Of a stretch of 64,000 bases of DNA, positions 1 through 9,992 are shown piece by piece; position 1 is the first letter of the stretch; the number at the start of each line of letters is the position of its first letter. The translations under genes were made by a program, and so were the position numbers. The notes under the pieces were generated by a model. That model ran no database searches, was not told the DNA's origin, and worked only from the letters and a program-made list of their open reading frames with translations. Source of the stretch: Planctomycetota bacterium (GTDB lineage Bacteria > Planctomycetota > Planctomycetia > Pirellulales > UBA7805); the NCBI GenBank assembly GCA_036146215.1, contig JAYYJN010000079.1, forward strand, positions 1,928 to 65,927. The letters run 5' to 3'.

Positions 1-923
1 ACATAACTTGTCAACACGGCGCCACTAAGTACGAGAACCGCATCAAGTGAAATAATCCATGCCAGCCAATTTCCATGGCCCGCCACGTAACCGATATTTG
101 CGAGCAAAGCATTTTTGTTCGCGCCGTTCAGTGCATCTAAAGGAATGATTGACAATGCGAGCATGGCCATCATGGGGTTTAAAATGCTCACCGCGATCCA
201 CATGTTACGAAGGGTTTTGGGAAAGACACCCTCTGCTTGCTGCTCCACAAAATTCGCAGAACTCTCAAACCCTGAGATACCCAAAAGTGCTGCCGAAAAC
301 CCAAAAAAGATTGCCAGCATCGGGCTGTAATCGCTGGGTGTTGCCATGTTGGTTTCGAGCGTCGAGATCCCCTCCAAACAGAGGTAAATCACACCGACTA
401 TGATTAGCAGCGAGAGGCTCGCCAGATGGATCACGAAAATATAGATCGCCACGATTGCCGATTCGCTGATGCCAATAATTGTGAGCACCATGAACGTAGC
501 GAGCAATCCTATCGTCAAGCCAATGATCGTCGAATCGCCCCAATCTGATGGCCAAAGCCGTTGCAGATAGTGGATGGCCTCATTGGCGGATAGGACAGCG
601 GTAGTCATGTAAGACAAGATTGTGAGGCAGGCTGCTAAAGAGGCTCTGAATTTGCTCGTCGTATTCAGTAGCGCATTGTACGCACCTCCATTAAGAGGTA
701 AGGCACCAACGACTTCCGCATAGATGGAGCGGAACAGATACAGCAAGCCGGCAACGAGCAAGAGTGCTAATGGAGCCCAACGGCCAGAAACTAAAATGGC
801 GAGAGCTGATACATACAGGCACGAAGAGGTGATATCGTTGCCGCAAATGGCAGTCGATGCAAGCTGACCGAGGCCTCCATGCTTATGCTCAATTCCATAT
901 TGGCTATCGCTGATGCTCATCAT
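1..923 (-). CDS. APC-superfamily amino acid/polyamine permease, N-terminal ~307 codons; the gene continues beyond the window start
   Basis: I translated the minus strand from ATG 923-921: MMSISDSQYGIEHKHGGLGQLASTAICGNDITSSCLYVSALAILVSGRWAPLALLLVAGLLYLFRSIYAEVVGALPLNGGAYNALLN...GFSAALLGISGFESSANFVEQ...AWIISLDAVLVLSGAVLTSYV. The frame stays open to position 1, and there is an in-frame TGA shortly upstream of the ATG. The repeated hydrophobic helices and the PLNGGAY and GFESSANF motifs are typical of APC permeases. It is missing from the ORF track because its stop lies outside the window. Confidence 0.7.
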   Translation of the reverse strand, partial: MMSISDSQYGIEHKHGGLGQLASTAICGNDITSSCLYVSALAILVSGRWAPLALLLVAGLLYLFRSIYAEVVGALPLNGGAYNALLNTTSKFRASLAACLTILSYMTTAVLSANEAIHYLQRLWPSDWGDSTIIGLTIGLLATFMVLTIIGISESAIVAIYIFVIHLASLSLLIIVGVIYLCLEGISTLETNMATPSDYSPMLAIFFGFSAALLGISGFESSANFVEQQAEGVFPKTLRNMWIAVSILNPMMAMLALSIIPLDALNGANKNALLANIGYVAGHGNWLAWIISLDAVLVLSGAVLTSY

Positions 924-1140
924 GCCCCCAATTGCGTTAGCTGCCAATAGAACAAAATCGCAGCTGGCCTGAAGCGTGCCGAGGATGCGCCAAAAATTTA
1001 ATCATCTAGCACACCCTTTTAACAATCTCTTCGTCTCCGATGATAGCAAGCCGAATCGGCAACTGTCTATTGCAGGTGCAGAGATCGCCGCCAGTCATTA
1101 ACTGGACCAACTTGTGGTTTGAAGATCGGCCCTCTCTAGC

Positions 1141-1171
1141 TTTTCGTCAAAACGCGTGAGATCGACGAAAA
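1141..1171 (-). terminator. Possible terminator hairpin downstream of the DUF1559 gene
   Basis: Inverted repeat TTTTCGTC (1141-1148) / GACGAAAA (1164-1171) with a 15-nt loop, about 18 nt past the stop at 1190. The A/T-rich arms give U-tracts on either strand. The stem is weak. Confidence 0.3.
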
Positions 1172-1189
1172 TCAGGTCCGCTGATGTCT

Positions 1190-2101
1190 TCAGGAAGCAT
1201 CGTTGCCCATGCCATCTCCAATCGTGCCTAAGGGCGCCAGTTCTGCGGCAGGCGTGTCATTGGAAATGGCCAGCACGTGCCCATCTAAAAATACAAAAGG
1301 GGTGCTGTCGGGATGGGGTCCACCGAACCAACTATCCTTGTCAGCCGTGCCGGCTTCTTTTTGTTGCGGTAGACCCTGCGCGAGTGTGGCAAAGATGGCG
1401 TCTGGATTATCTCCCGCGAAAAAAGCGGTCTCGCCCAGTTGCCAGGCCTCTCGCCATGGCTCCGTGGCGGGATCCATTTGTCTATCGAAAGTGTGCCGCT
1501 GGCCAATCATCACGGTTCGACTCGCGCCGTCGGTGACCTGAGAAGGCCGAACGCGTGAGTTGGTGTGAATAGCACCCGCACTGGAAAGATTGAGGCTACC
1601 GCTACCCGCATCGTATAAAATTTCCGTGCCGGGACACGCCGCATAGTCACCCCCTGCAGCAACTCCCGTGACTTGGGGAGGTGCATCATCATTGTCAAAG
1701 TTTCTATCCGCTGTGAAATTACCTCGCGAGGGGCAAATAAATGTAATTACCGGCGTGCGCATGGCAATTGCATTTTTATCATCGTCGACTCGAAAATCTT
1801 TATTGAAGCTGTCGAATGTTGCTTCTTCTCCCATGTAGGGCAAGAGGCGAAAAGCCCAGGAAACCGAATACTGCTTTGTATCGTCACGACCCGTTGGATA
1901 ATGCCTTCTGGCTTCGGTGTATTGCAGGCCTGCGAGACCGACCTGTTTGAGATTGTTTTTGCACTGCGTAAGCCGCGCCGATTCGCGTACTGAAGAAAGG
2001 GCGGGGAGTAACAAAGCCACCAGAATGCCGACGATTGCAATTACAACCAGCAATTCTACGAGGGTAAAACCTCGAGATTTTTTCGATAACGGGAGAAACA
2101 T
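1190..2101 (-). CDS. DUF1559 domain protein with a prepilin-type N-terminal cleavage/methylation motif (type II secretion pseudopilin-like)
   Basis: 303 aa. The N-terminus [27 protein letters not shown] is a prepilin-type motif. The C-terminal H-x9-DG ([14 protein letters not shown]) is the DUF1559 hallmark, a family greatly expanded in Planctomycetota. Confidence 0.9.
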   Translation of the reverse strand: MFLPLSKKSRGFTLVELLVVIAIVGILVALLLPALSSVRESARLTQCKNNLKQVGLAGLQYTEARRHYPTGRDDTKQYSVSWAFRLLPYMGEEATFDSFNKDFRVDDDKNAIAMRTPVITFICPSRGNFTADRNFDNDDAPPQVTGVAAGGDYAACPGTEILYDAGSGSLNLSSAGAIHTNSRVRPSQVTDGASRTVMIGQRHTFDRQMDPATEPWREAWQLGETAFFAGDNPDAIFATLAQGLPQQKEAGTADKDSWFGGPHPDSTPFVFLDGHVLAISNDTPAAELAPLGTIGDGMGNDAS

Positions 2102-2256
2102 AAAATTTCACTCCTTAGTCCATAAAAAGAAAATCGCATGGGTAAGGTGGAAGCCGAAAAGATTGTGTTTCGCAACGAAGGTGGGACCACCCCGCGAGTC
2201 TGATCTCAGCGAAGCGATAGCGTTACTTTACGTACACTACGATAGCACAAAAAGGC

Positions 2257-2283
2257 ATAAAACACTCCCCGCCACGGAGGGGA
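2257..2283 (-). terminator. Probable rho-independent terminator of msrA
   Basis: On the minus strand, a TCCCC / GGGGA stem (2266-2283, 8-nt loop) is followed by GTGTTTTAT (2257-2265). It lies about 40 nt downstream of the msrA stop. Confidence 0.45.
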
Positions 2284-2324
2284 ATCTTTTCTCGATACAA
2301 ACTGACGCGACAAAAGCCTTGCTG

Positions 2325-3023
2325 CTATTTGCCTCGCCCGACAGAGTCCGTTTGTAGATCTTCGGCAAAGAGCTTACGGATTTTACGCAGTTTTGGCTCA
2401 ATCACCGCTTGGCAATATCGCGTTCCACTGTTGTCGCGATAAAAGTTCTGATGATCTGCTTCGGCCGGATAAAATGTTGTCAATGGCGCGATCTGAGTCA
2501 CAATCGGTGCGCGAAAAATCTTTGCCTGATCCAGTTTGCGAATTGCATCTTCTGCAATTTTTTTTTGTTCCGAATCGTGATAGAGAATAATTGAACGGTA
2601 CTGCGTTCCGACATCATTTCCCTGGCGGTTCAAGGTCGTCGGATCGTGACTCATCCAGAATGCCTCAAGCAAACGTGGGTAAGAAACTTTCTTGGGATCG
2701 TAAGTAACCTGCACAACCTCTGCGTGGCCTGTTAATCCGCTGCAGACATCTTTGTAGGTTGGGTTCGGTAGAAAACCACCCGCATAACCAGACACGACTT
2801 GCTTTACTCCGTCAAACTGCTCAATCACCGCTTCGGTGCACCAAAAGCATCCCCCGCCAAAAGTTGCTAATGCCAATGCATCCGTATCGCTCGTATCAGA
2901 TTTTGTATTCTCACCCACAGAAGTTACCTCGGCCTTCGATAGATTGGCAATCGAAAATAGCATTGCAACCGTTGCAAGAACTAAAAAAAATCGCGAAAGA
3001 AAATATTTTTTTACGAAAAACAT
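2325..3023 (-). CDS. msrA: Peptide-methionine (S)-S-oxide reductase MsrA with an N-terminal signal/anchor sequence
   Basis: 232 aa. It has the active-site motif GGGCFWCTEAV and conserved GHAEVVQVTYDP and HDPTTLNRQGNDVGTQYRS blocks. The hydrophobic N-terminus is FFLVLATVAMLFSIANLSKA. Confidence 0.9.
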   Translation of the reverse strand: MFFVKKYFLSRFFLVLATVAMLFSIANLSKAEVTSVGENTKSDTSDTDALALATFGGGCFWCTEAVIEQFDGVKQVVSGYAGGFLPNPTYKDVCSGLTGHAEVVQVTYDPKKVSYPRLLEAFWMSHDPTTLNRQGNDVGTQYRSIILYHDSEQKKIAEDAIRKLDQAKIFRAPIVTQIAPLTTFYPAEADHQNFYRDNSGTRYCQAVIEPKLRKIRKLFAEDLQTDSVGRGK

Positions 3024-3107
3024 TTGTAATACCGCTGTTTTGTAATTTTGGAAGAGGCGATCGGAAATTAGAAATAGTGAAAGATCAAATTGGTATTTGA
3101 ATCGAAA

Positions 3108-3749
3108 TTATTTATTAAGGTTTTTGAGAAAATCATCTAACGCATTGCTTTGTTCCGCTTTCCCTTTTCCGTGATTGATCCCCGATCCACTTTCGTCGTC
3201 AACTTGATTTGACTTAGGATCGCGTGATTTTTTCAGCGTCTTAAATTGTATCGAATCACCTTCCGGTGACTCCGGATTTTCCCGCTTTTTTTCCGCACCG
3301 GACTTCAATGGCATGGAATCGTCAATGCCGAGAAAGCTTCCCTCGATAGTTTCCTGGTAATGGACGTTGGAGGCAGACTCAGCGTCTGGCACGGGCGATT
3401 CGGTGAGAACACTTTTGTCACCCGAGTATGGATCATGAGAGATGCTGCGATCATCTTTTTCGCAAACGACTTCGAGTGTTACCGGGCCTACCGTCAGAAA
3501 ATCGCCGGTGGCGATGGGTGTGATCGCTGTAATTTTTTCTTCATTCACGAACGTACCATTCGATGAGTTTAGATCCTCAACATACAACGCACCATTTTTT
3601 TCATACAACCGACAGTGTTCGCGGCTTACAACGGAAGTGCGGACTTTAAGGGATGCCTCACCGCTTCGACCAATGATTGTCGGCAGTTTGAGTTTGATTT
3701 CAGCTTCCGTTGCTCCCTCTACAACAATTAACTTTGCTTCAATAGTCAT
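3108..3749 (-). CDS. FHA domain protein with a disordered charged C-terminal tail
   Basis: FHA signature IIGRSGEASLKVRTSVVSREHCRLYEKNGALYVEDLNSSNGTFVNEEKI. The ORF track starts at TTG 3767, but I prefer ATG 3749 (MTIEAKLIVVEG). The start is uncertain by 18 nt. Confidence 0.8.
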   Translation of the reverse strand: MTIEAKLIVVEGATEAEIKLKLPTIIGRSGEASLKVRTSVVSREHCRLYEKNGALYVEDLNSSNGTFVNEEKITAITPIATGDFLTVGPVTLEVVCEKDDRSISHDPYSGDKSVLTESPVPDAESASNVHYQETIEGSFLGIDDSMPLKSGAEKKRENPESPEGDSIQFKTLKKSRDPKSNQVDDESGSGINHGKGKAEQSNALDDFLKNLNK

Positions 3750-4018
3750 GTCACGTGATACAAGCAATCATTGGAATGTAAATCGAATCGCGAGCGATTT
3801 TATTTGTTTCGATGCCCTACTCTCGCATTTTATGAGAAGCTCGTCGCGGTTACAATCAATGGGCATCTTCCAGTTAAATTATAGCAATACCCGAAAACAA
3901 TTTCTCTTTAACGTCGCATCCCGTGGGGTGCGGAAAACTTGGGGCAGCAGGTAAGGTTTCTTGCCGAAGATTTGTCGTGGTAGACTGCGACACTGCAGGC
4001 GATGGTGAAGGAAGTGTG

Positions 4019-5791
4019 ATGAACATTATCGGGTTAAATGCTTACCATGGGGATGCGGCAGCTGCCTTGGTGGTCGATGGAGAGCTGATCGCAGCTGTCG
4101 AAGAGGAACGATTTAATCGAATTAAACACTGGGCCGGTTTTCCGACCGAATCGATTCGCTGGTGTCTAGAGCGAGGCGGTATTAGTGCAGAAGAAATTGA
4201 TCACGTAGGCATTTCGTTTAATCCGCGCGACAATTTCTGGCCCCGCCTGAGCTTTCTCGCTCGCCATCGTCCTTCCCTCCGTGCGATTGTGAATCGCCTC
4301 CAGAGACAAGGGAAAACGTTTGGACTTGCCGAGCAATTTGCTGCTGCAGTCGCACTCCCCTCGTCAAAAATCAAGGCAAAGTTTCACCGAATTGAACACC
4401 ATGACGCGCATGTCGCGGCGGGATTTTTAATTTCTCCATTCGATCACGCAGCCGTCCTATCGATTGACGGCATGGGTGATTTCACAAGTATGCTCTCGGC
4501 GGAAGCTCGGCATACTTCGTGGAAAAATATTAATCGAGTTTACTATCCGCATTCGATTGGTTTTCTCTATACGGCCATAACGATGTACCTTGGTTTTCCT
4601 CACTACGGGGATGAGTACAAGGTTATGGGGCTTGCGCCCTATGGCGAACCAGAATTCATCGATCTATTCCGGAAAATGATCTTCCCGGATAAGGATTCGT
4701 TTGCCTTGAATCTTGATTATTTTACGCATCATCGCAAAGGTATCCGCATGCAATGGAATGATGGCGCGCCGCGTGTTGAACCGTTTCATAGCACCTTGCT
4801 GGAGCGCACATTAGGACCACCCCGTGATCCGCGAGAGGAGATGACTTCACGGCATGACAACATCGCCAAATCGCTGCAAGTGGTGACCGAAGAGATCATT
4901 CTTCATCTCTTACGATCGCTGCAAAAATCGACAGGCCTCAAAAACGTTTGTCTAACAGGTGGCGTTGCCATGAACTCTGTTGCCAACGGAAAGGTTACGG
5001 CCGAAACCGATTTTGAGAACGTTTATATTCCAGCTGGGGCTGCAGACAACGGAACTTCCTTCGGCGCGGCGTTTTATATCTGGAATCGTGTGCTGAACGG
5101 TAAACGGGGTTTTGTGCAAGAGCATGCTTACTGGGGCTGTGAAGCGTCAGATGCTGATGTTGTCGAGGCGGCTGATCGTCTCGGGGTGCCGACAGCGTCC
5201 TACTGCGAAGATCAACTTCTTGATATCGTCGTCGATTTGCTGCTCGATGGTAAGGTAGTAGGCTGGTTTCAGGGTCCCATGGAATTCGGCGCAAGGGCCC
5301 TGGGAAATCGCAGCTTGTTAGCGGATCCTCGTCGAACCGATATGCGGGACATTATCAATCTGCGAATCAAATTTAGAGAAAAGTTCAGGCCTTTCGCCCC
5401 CAGTATTTTAGAAGAGCATGTGGGTACATGGTTTGCCGTCGATGAACCGACGCCTTACATGGAAAAAGTCTTCCCGGTCCGACCAGAAAAACAAAATCAA
5501 ATTCCCGCCGTCACGCATGTGGATGGCAGCGGGCGTCTACAAACGGTGTCTCAAAAGACCAATCCGCTCTATCACGCGTTGATCACGCGATTCTTTTCAA
5601 AAACCGGTGTACCTATTTTGCTCAATACGTCGCTGAACGAGAATGAGCCAATCGTAAGAACACCGCTGGAGGCGATCCGTTGTTTTTTACGCACGGATAT
5701 GGATGCCATTATCATCGGAAAGCATTTAATCCACCGCCATGCCGAAAATTTTCCAGAAGCATTCCGCCAACGTGTGACGGAACAAGTTTGA
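4019..5791 (+). CDS. Carbamoyltransferase (NodU/CmcH family)
   Basis: MNIIGLNAYHGDAAAALVVDGELIAAVEEERFNRIKHWAGFP is the canonical family N-terminus. The C-terminal block THVDGSGRLQTV...PILLNTSLNENEPIV is also present. The track ORF begins at 3923, but homology begins at ATG 4019. Confidence 0.9.
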   Translation: MNIIGLNAYHGDAAAALVVDGELIAAVEEERFNRIKHWAGFPTESIRWCLERGGISAEEIDHVGISFNPRDNFWPRLSFLARHRPSLRAIVNRLQRQGKTFGLAEQFAAAVALPSSKIKAKFHRIEHHDAHVAAGFLISPFDHAAVLSIDGMGDFTSMLSAEARHTSWKNINRVYYPHSIGFLYTAITMYLGFPHYGDEYKVMGLAPYGEPEFIDLFRKMIFPDKDSFALNLDYFTHHRKGIRMQWNDGAPRVEPFHSTLLERTLGPPRDPREEMTSRHDNIAKSLQVVTEEIILHLLRSLQKSTGLKNVCLTGGVAMNSVANGKVTAETDFENVYIPAGAADNGTSFGAAFYIWNRVLNGKRGFVQEHAYWGCEASDADVVEAADRLGVPTASYCEDQLLDIVVDLLLDGKVVGWFQGPMEFGARALGNRSLLADPRRTDMRDIINLRIKFREKFRPFAPSILEEHVGTWFAVDEPTPYMEKVFPVRPEKQNQIPAVTHVDGSGRLQTVSQKTNPLYHALITRFFSKTGVPILLNTSLNENEPIVRTPLEAIRCFLRTDMDAIIIGKHLIHRHAENFPEAFRQRVTEQV

Positions 5792-5800
5792 CCGATATAT

Positions 5801-7426
5801 TTGATAAAAAGAATGTACAAGCAGCGAGGTATTCCTTTGGCAAATTTAGAAAAAAAATGTGCTTTCGACAGATCGCTGTGCAGGCGGTGGGGTCATTTAT
5901 TCGTTTTGTGTTTATTGTGGGTTCTTGTGAAAACCGATTTATCGAGTGCCGCAGAGGAAGCCGGTTTTCAATCAATCTTTGATGGTAAAACCCTCAATGG
6001 CTGGTCGGCACCTGACATGCGCTATTGGTCGATACGGGATGGGGCTATCACGGCGGAGTCAAGTGAAGCTTTACCTTGCAGACGCAATCAGTTTCTCGTG
6101 TGGCAACTCGGGTCCTTGGACGACTTCATCCTGCGCTTGAAATTTCGAATTACAGGTCCACCTGCTGCCAATTCAGGTATCCAATTCCGTTCCCAGATTG
6201 CGGAGGATGGACATGCCCTGGGTTATCAAGCCGATATTGATCGTGCCGGTACCTACCTGGGGCTCTTGTACGATGAGCATGGTCGAGGCGTGCTGGCCAA
6301 AAGAGGCGAAAAAACAGTCATCGGTCCCGAGGGAAATCGTCAGACCACACCGCTTAAGGGGAAGCAGGCGAAGGTAGACCTTGATGGTTGGAATGACTAT
6401 GAGATTATGGCCTGCGGTCCTCACATCACGTTGAAAATCAACGGGATCACCTCGGCCGAGGTGATCGACGAAGAAAAAACACAGCGTGATCTCTCGGGTA
6501 AACTGGCACTTCAGATTCACTCCGGACCCGCGATGACAATTCAGTTTAAGGATATCCGCTTGAAGCGTTTGCCCCTTTGCGGCGGTCGCAAAAAGGTCGT
6601 TTTACTTGCTGGTGCTCCATCGCATGCCAGCGGTGCTCACGAGTTTAACGCCGGGGTGAAACTTCTGGCAAAGAGATTAGAAGCGATTGATAGCCTTGCG
6701 GTTGCAAGTTATCACGACGGTGGCTGGCCGAAAGATCCTACGGCACTGCAAAACGCAGATGGATTGGTTGTCTATGCAGACGGGTTGGGTGCGCACCCGC
6801 TGATGGGACATTTCGAGGAGATTGATCGGAAAACGCGGCAAGGAATGGGACTGATGTGCATGCACTATGCGGTCCATGTGGAACCGGGTGTGGCGGGTGA
6901 TTGTTTCAAGAGATGGATCGGCGGATTTTACGAATCTGGTTACTCGACCAATCCTCATTGGATTGCCCGCATCGAACCGAATGCAGAGCATCCCGTCACG
7001 CAGTCTCAGACAACGGCAGATATTAATGATGAGTGGTACTTTTCAATCCGTTTTCCGGAAGATACCGCTATCACGCCGCTGTTGCAGGCCGTGCCGGGCA
7101 AGCAAGCTCGCTCAAAGAATGGTTATCCACCGGTCCCCTACCCTCACATCCAGGCTGCGGATGGAAAAAAAGAGACTCTGATGTGGGGTTTAGAGCGACC
7201 TGATGGTGGACGCGGCATTGGATTTACGGGAGGTCACTGGCACCGTATCTGGGCACACGATCAGCAGCGTGATGCAGTTTTAGCCGGCATTGTATGGGTC
7301 GCCGGTGGAGACGTTCCAACGCGCGGTATTTGCTCTGCGCCCGTGGGCCAACAAGAGCTTAACGTGCATCTCGACCCCAAGCGTCCGCTTCAAGAGATTC
7401 AACTGCCGGAAGCTGTCCAGCAATAG
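5801..7426 (+). CDS. Secreted fusion protein: DUF1080 (3-keto-disaccharide hydrolase-like) domain plus ThuA-like domain
   Basis: Signal-like N-terminus. DUF1080 pattern: FQSIFDGKTLNGWS...NSGIQFRS...WNDYEIMACGPHITLKINGI...LALQIHSGPAMTIQFKDIRLKRL. A ThuA-like block follows: KKVVLLAGAPSHASGAHEFNAG...ADGLVVYADG. Confidence 0.8.
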   Translation: MIKRMYKQRGIPLANLEKKCAFDRSLCRRWGHLFVLCLLWVLVKTDLSSAAEEAGFQSIFDGKTLNGWSAPDMRYWSIRDGAITAESSEALPCRRNQFLVWQLGSLDDFILRLKFRITGPPAANSGIQFRSQIAEDGHALGYQADIDRAGTYLGLLYDEHGRGVLAKRGEKTVIGPEGNRQTTPLKGKQAKVDLDGWNDYEIMACGPHITLKINGITSAEVIDEEKTQRDLSGKLALQIHSGPAMTIQFKDIRLKRLPLCGGRKKVVLLAGAPSHASGAHEFNAGVKLLAKRLEAIDSLAVASYHDGGWPKDPTALQNADGLVVYADGLGAHPLMGHFEEIDRKTRQGMGLMCMHYAVHVEPGVAGDCFKRWIGGFYESGYSTNPHWIARIEPNAEHPVTQSQTTADINDEWYFSIRFPEDTAITPLLQAVPGKQARSKNGYPPVPYPHIQAADGKKETLMWGLERPDGGRGIGFTGGHWHRIWAHDQQRDAVLAGIVWVAGGDVPTRGICSAPVGQQELNVHLDPKRPLQEIQLPEAVQQ

Positions 7427-7461
7427 CAATCTCATGGATTGCCGTAAAATGAAAGCGTTCG

Positions 7462-8265
7462 ATGCCCTCCAAACCATTGCTTGAATTTAGAGAGGTGTCT
7501 TATGAGGTGTCGGGCTGTAAAATTCTGGATCGTGTAAGCTGGACACTCCGCGGCGATGAACATTGGGCTCTGCTGGGTCCGAATGGCAGTGGAAAGACAA
7601 CCCTGCTACGGTTGGCGACAGGCTTCCTCTGGCCGAATGCCGGTGGGAGCATCTGGCGATGTGGTCGAGCCTGCAGCGATTTGAGAATTTTGCGGCAAAG
7701 TATCGGTTGGGTCGCTCAACATCTTACAAAGTTGGTTCCCCCGCATGAGCCGGCAATAGATACGGTACTCAGCGGACGTTTTGCCCAGTGGGGACTTCGC
7801 CCCGCAACTCGCTCTCGACTCACTGCAGAAGATCGAGAACGAGCTGCCGCGCAAATTGAAAAATTGGGAATGACACCGTTTCGAAATCGCCACTTTGGTC
7901 ATCTTTCGCAAGGGGAACAACAACGGATTTTGATTGCGAGGGCCCGCATGGCCGATCCCCTGCTGATTCTGCTCGATGAGCCATGCGCCGGACTGGATCC
8001 TGGAGCACGTGAACGACTACTGGAAGACTTACATGTCTGGATGACCGATTCACAATCTCCCCGTGTTATATTTGTCACCCACCATGTGGAAGAAATTCTT
8101 CCACCGATGGAGCACACCTTGGTTCTGAATCAAGGGAAGATTGCATGCAGTGGCCTGACCAAGAAAATGGTAAACACCAAATTGCTCTCCGAGGTATTCC
8201 AAACCACTCCCTGCCGAATCGAGGTGGAGGGCGGACGCTATTGGCCCATCTGGAGCGATCAATAA
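7462..8265 (+). CDS. ABC transporter ATP-binding protein with no adjacent permease
   Basis: Walker A LLGPNGSGKTTLL, ABC signature LSQGEQQRILIARA, Walker B LLILLDEP and H-loop VTHH. Confidence 0.85.
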   Translation: MPSKPLLEFREVSYEVSGCKILDRVSWTLRGDEHWALLGPNGSGKTTLLRLATGFLWPNAGGSIWRCGRACSDLRILRQSIGWVAQHLTKLVPPHEPAIDTVLSGRFAQWGLRPATRSRLTAEDRERAAAQIEKLGMTPFRNRHFGHLSQGEQQRILIARARMADPLLILLDEPCAGLDPGARERLLEDLHVWMTDSQSPRVIFVTHHVEEILPPMEHTLVLNQGKIACSGLTKKMVNTKLLSEVFQTTPCRIEVEGGRYWPIWSDQ

Positions 8266-8281
8266 TGATCGGTATCACGCT

Positions 8282-9784
8282 TCATCGCGGCCGCGATGGC
8301 GAGAGACTGTCTGGCGGTCGTTGAAGATCGACAGCGGGTCTCTGATTCGTATTTAGATCGGCTTGATGTTTTTCAAATGCCGTTTGTAATCGTTTGACCA
8401 CATCGGGATATTGTTCCGCAAGATTGGTTGTTTCTCCAATGTCGGCAACCGTGTCGTACAGTTGGACTGGATGTTTCGACAACAGCTTTACTTTTCGTGG
8501 TCGATCCTCATGCCGTGTTCCTTCTTGCCATGGATAGTATTTCCACTTTCCACTACGTACGGTACCCGGTCCATGCAGCAGACAATATGTGTCATGTGGA
8601 CTTTTAGCGCCATGCTTACCCTCCATTAGTGGCCAGATGTTGTGTCCATCAATTGGTTGGCTTGGTAGTTTTGCTCCCGCAAGAAAGGCAAGTGTCGGCA
8701 GAATATCAACGCTCGCTGCCACCTCGCGGCAAATACTTCCCGCAGGAATTTTTCCCTTCCATTGCATAACGGTCGGTTCACGAATACCACCGTCATACAC
8801 GCTTCCTTTTCGGGATCGCAGCGGCAGCGAAGAACCGACTGCAGCTCCATTGTCGCTGGTGAAAATAATCAATGTTTTTGCATCCAAACCAGCATGGTGA
8901 ACGGCTTGGGTGATCTGACCCACTGACCAGTCAACTTCCTCGATCGCATCCCAGATGAGCCGATCAGTGCGTCCTGCAAATTCTTTCGAAACAGCTAAGG
9001 GTAGATGCACCATGGTATGCGGCAAATAAAGAAAAAAGGGGCCCCCTTTTGCTGCATCAATAAAACGCACGGCCTCTTCGGTATACCGCTTCGTGAGTGT
9101 TGCCTGATTTGCCGGATATTCAATGATTTCTTCATCACGCATTAACGGGACCCAATTCATGTGTTTTTGTCCTTTTTTCAACTGCTCTCGAGTGACCCCT
9201 TCTCGGAGAACAATCTCCTTGGACAGTTTGTTCGCAGGGTCAATCCACATGTCATTGCTATATGGAATGCCGTAATACGAATCGAATCCTTGCATCGTGG
9301 GTAAGCAGGGCGGTAAATGCCCAAGATGCCATTTTCCGATGCAAGTCGTGCGATAGCCGATTGCTCGTAGCATTTCTGCAATCGTCACTTCATCCGGATG
9401 AAGTCCCTGTGTACTGTGCGGAAACAGCACCGCATCCATATTGAGTCTTTGGTAGTGTGTGCCGGTCATCAGCGCGGTGCGCGATCCCGAACAAACCGGA
9501 CATCCCACGTAAAAATCGGTAAAACGCATGCCGTTGCGGGCCATTTCATCAAGATGCGGTGTGCGCGGACCACTCGCACCGTTGAAGCCTACATCGCCAT
9601 AGCCCAGATCATCGATGAAAATTAAAATGACATTAGGCGTTTCATGCGACGATGTTGGGATGTCGCTGGTGTCCGCGGCAATAACAAGACTGCCCCATCC
9701 AATATTCGATGATAGTACTGCTGTCAGTAGTAGAGCTCTGAACTGCATGGATGGCCGAGGCGATGATAAAAGCGGGTCGGTCAT
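8282..9784 (-). CDS. Sulfatase (arylsulfatase A family), exported
   Basis: Signal peptide, metal-binding IFIDDLGYGDVG, formylglycine-site region CPVCSGSRTALMTG, and GKWHLG and FTSDNG blocks. Confidence 0.9.
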   Translation of the reverse strand: MTDPLLSSPRPSMQFRALLLTAVLSSNIGWGSLVIAADTSDIPTSSHETPNVILIFIDDLGYGDVGFNGASGPRTPHLDEMARNGMRFTDFYVGCPVCSGSRTALMTGTHYQRLNMDAVLFPHSTQGLHPDEVTIAEMLRAIGYRTTCIGKWHLGHLPPCLPTMQGFDSYYGIPYSNDMWIDPANKLSKEIVLREGVTREQLKKGQKHMNWVPLMRDEEIIEYPANQATLTKRYTEEAVRFIDAAKGGPFFLYLPHTMVHLPLAVSKEFAGRTDRLIWDAIEEVDWSVGQITQAVHHAGLDAKTLIIFTSDNGAAVGSSLPLRSRKGSVYDGGIREPTVMQWKGKIPAGSICREVAASVDILPTLAFLAGAKLPSQPIDGHNIWPLMEGKHGAKSPHDTYCLLHGPGTVRSGKWKYYPWQEGTRHEDRPRKVKLLSKHPVQLYDTVADIGETTNLAEQYPDVVKRLQTAFEKHQADLNTNQRPAVDLQRPPDSLSPSRPR

Positions 9785-9992
9785 GAAAGTATTCCGTGGT
9801 CTAACAAGGAGCGTAAGGAGCTGATATAGCGTTTACATAAGTCGTTCTCTGTTCCCCGATCGCTCTGTATCTTAACCGCAAGCAAAGGTCATGAAAGGTG
9901 TTGGATGTGGGCCCCTCATCGAACTGCCCTTGTTGAAAGAATAGTCATTTTCTACAAGCCAAGCCGGGAAAGATCCGTGTAGGGGACCATTC

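Noticed and set aside
1156-2357. Numerous 60-146 aa ORFs in other frames and strands overlapping the DUF1559 gene (for example 1156-1536 plus, 1203-1541 plus, 1747-2040 minus, 1917-2357 plus).
   Set aside because: They are shadow ORFs of a clearly homologous 303-aa gene. They have low-complexity or Arg/Cys-rich composition and no motifs.
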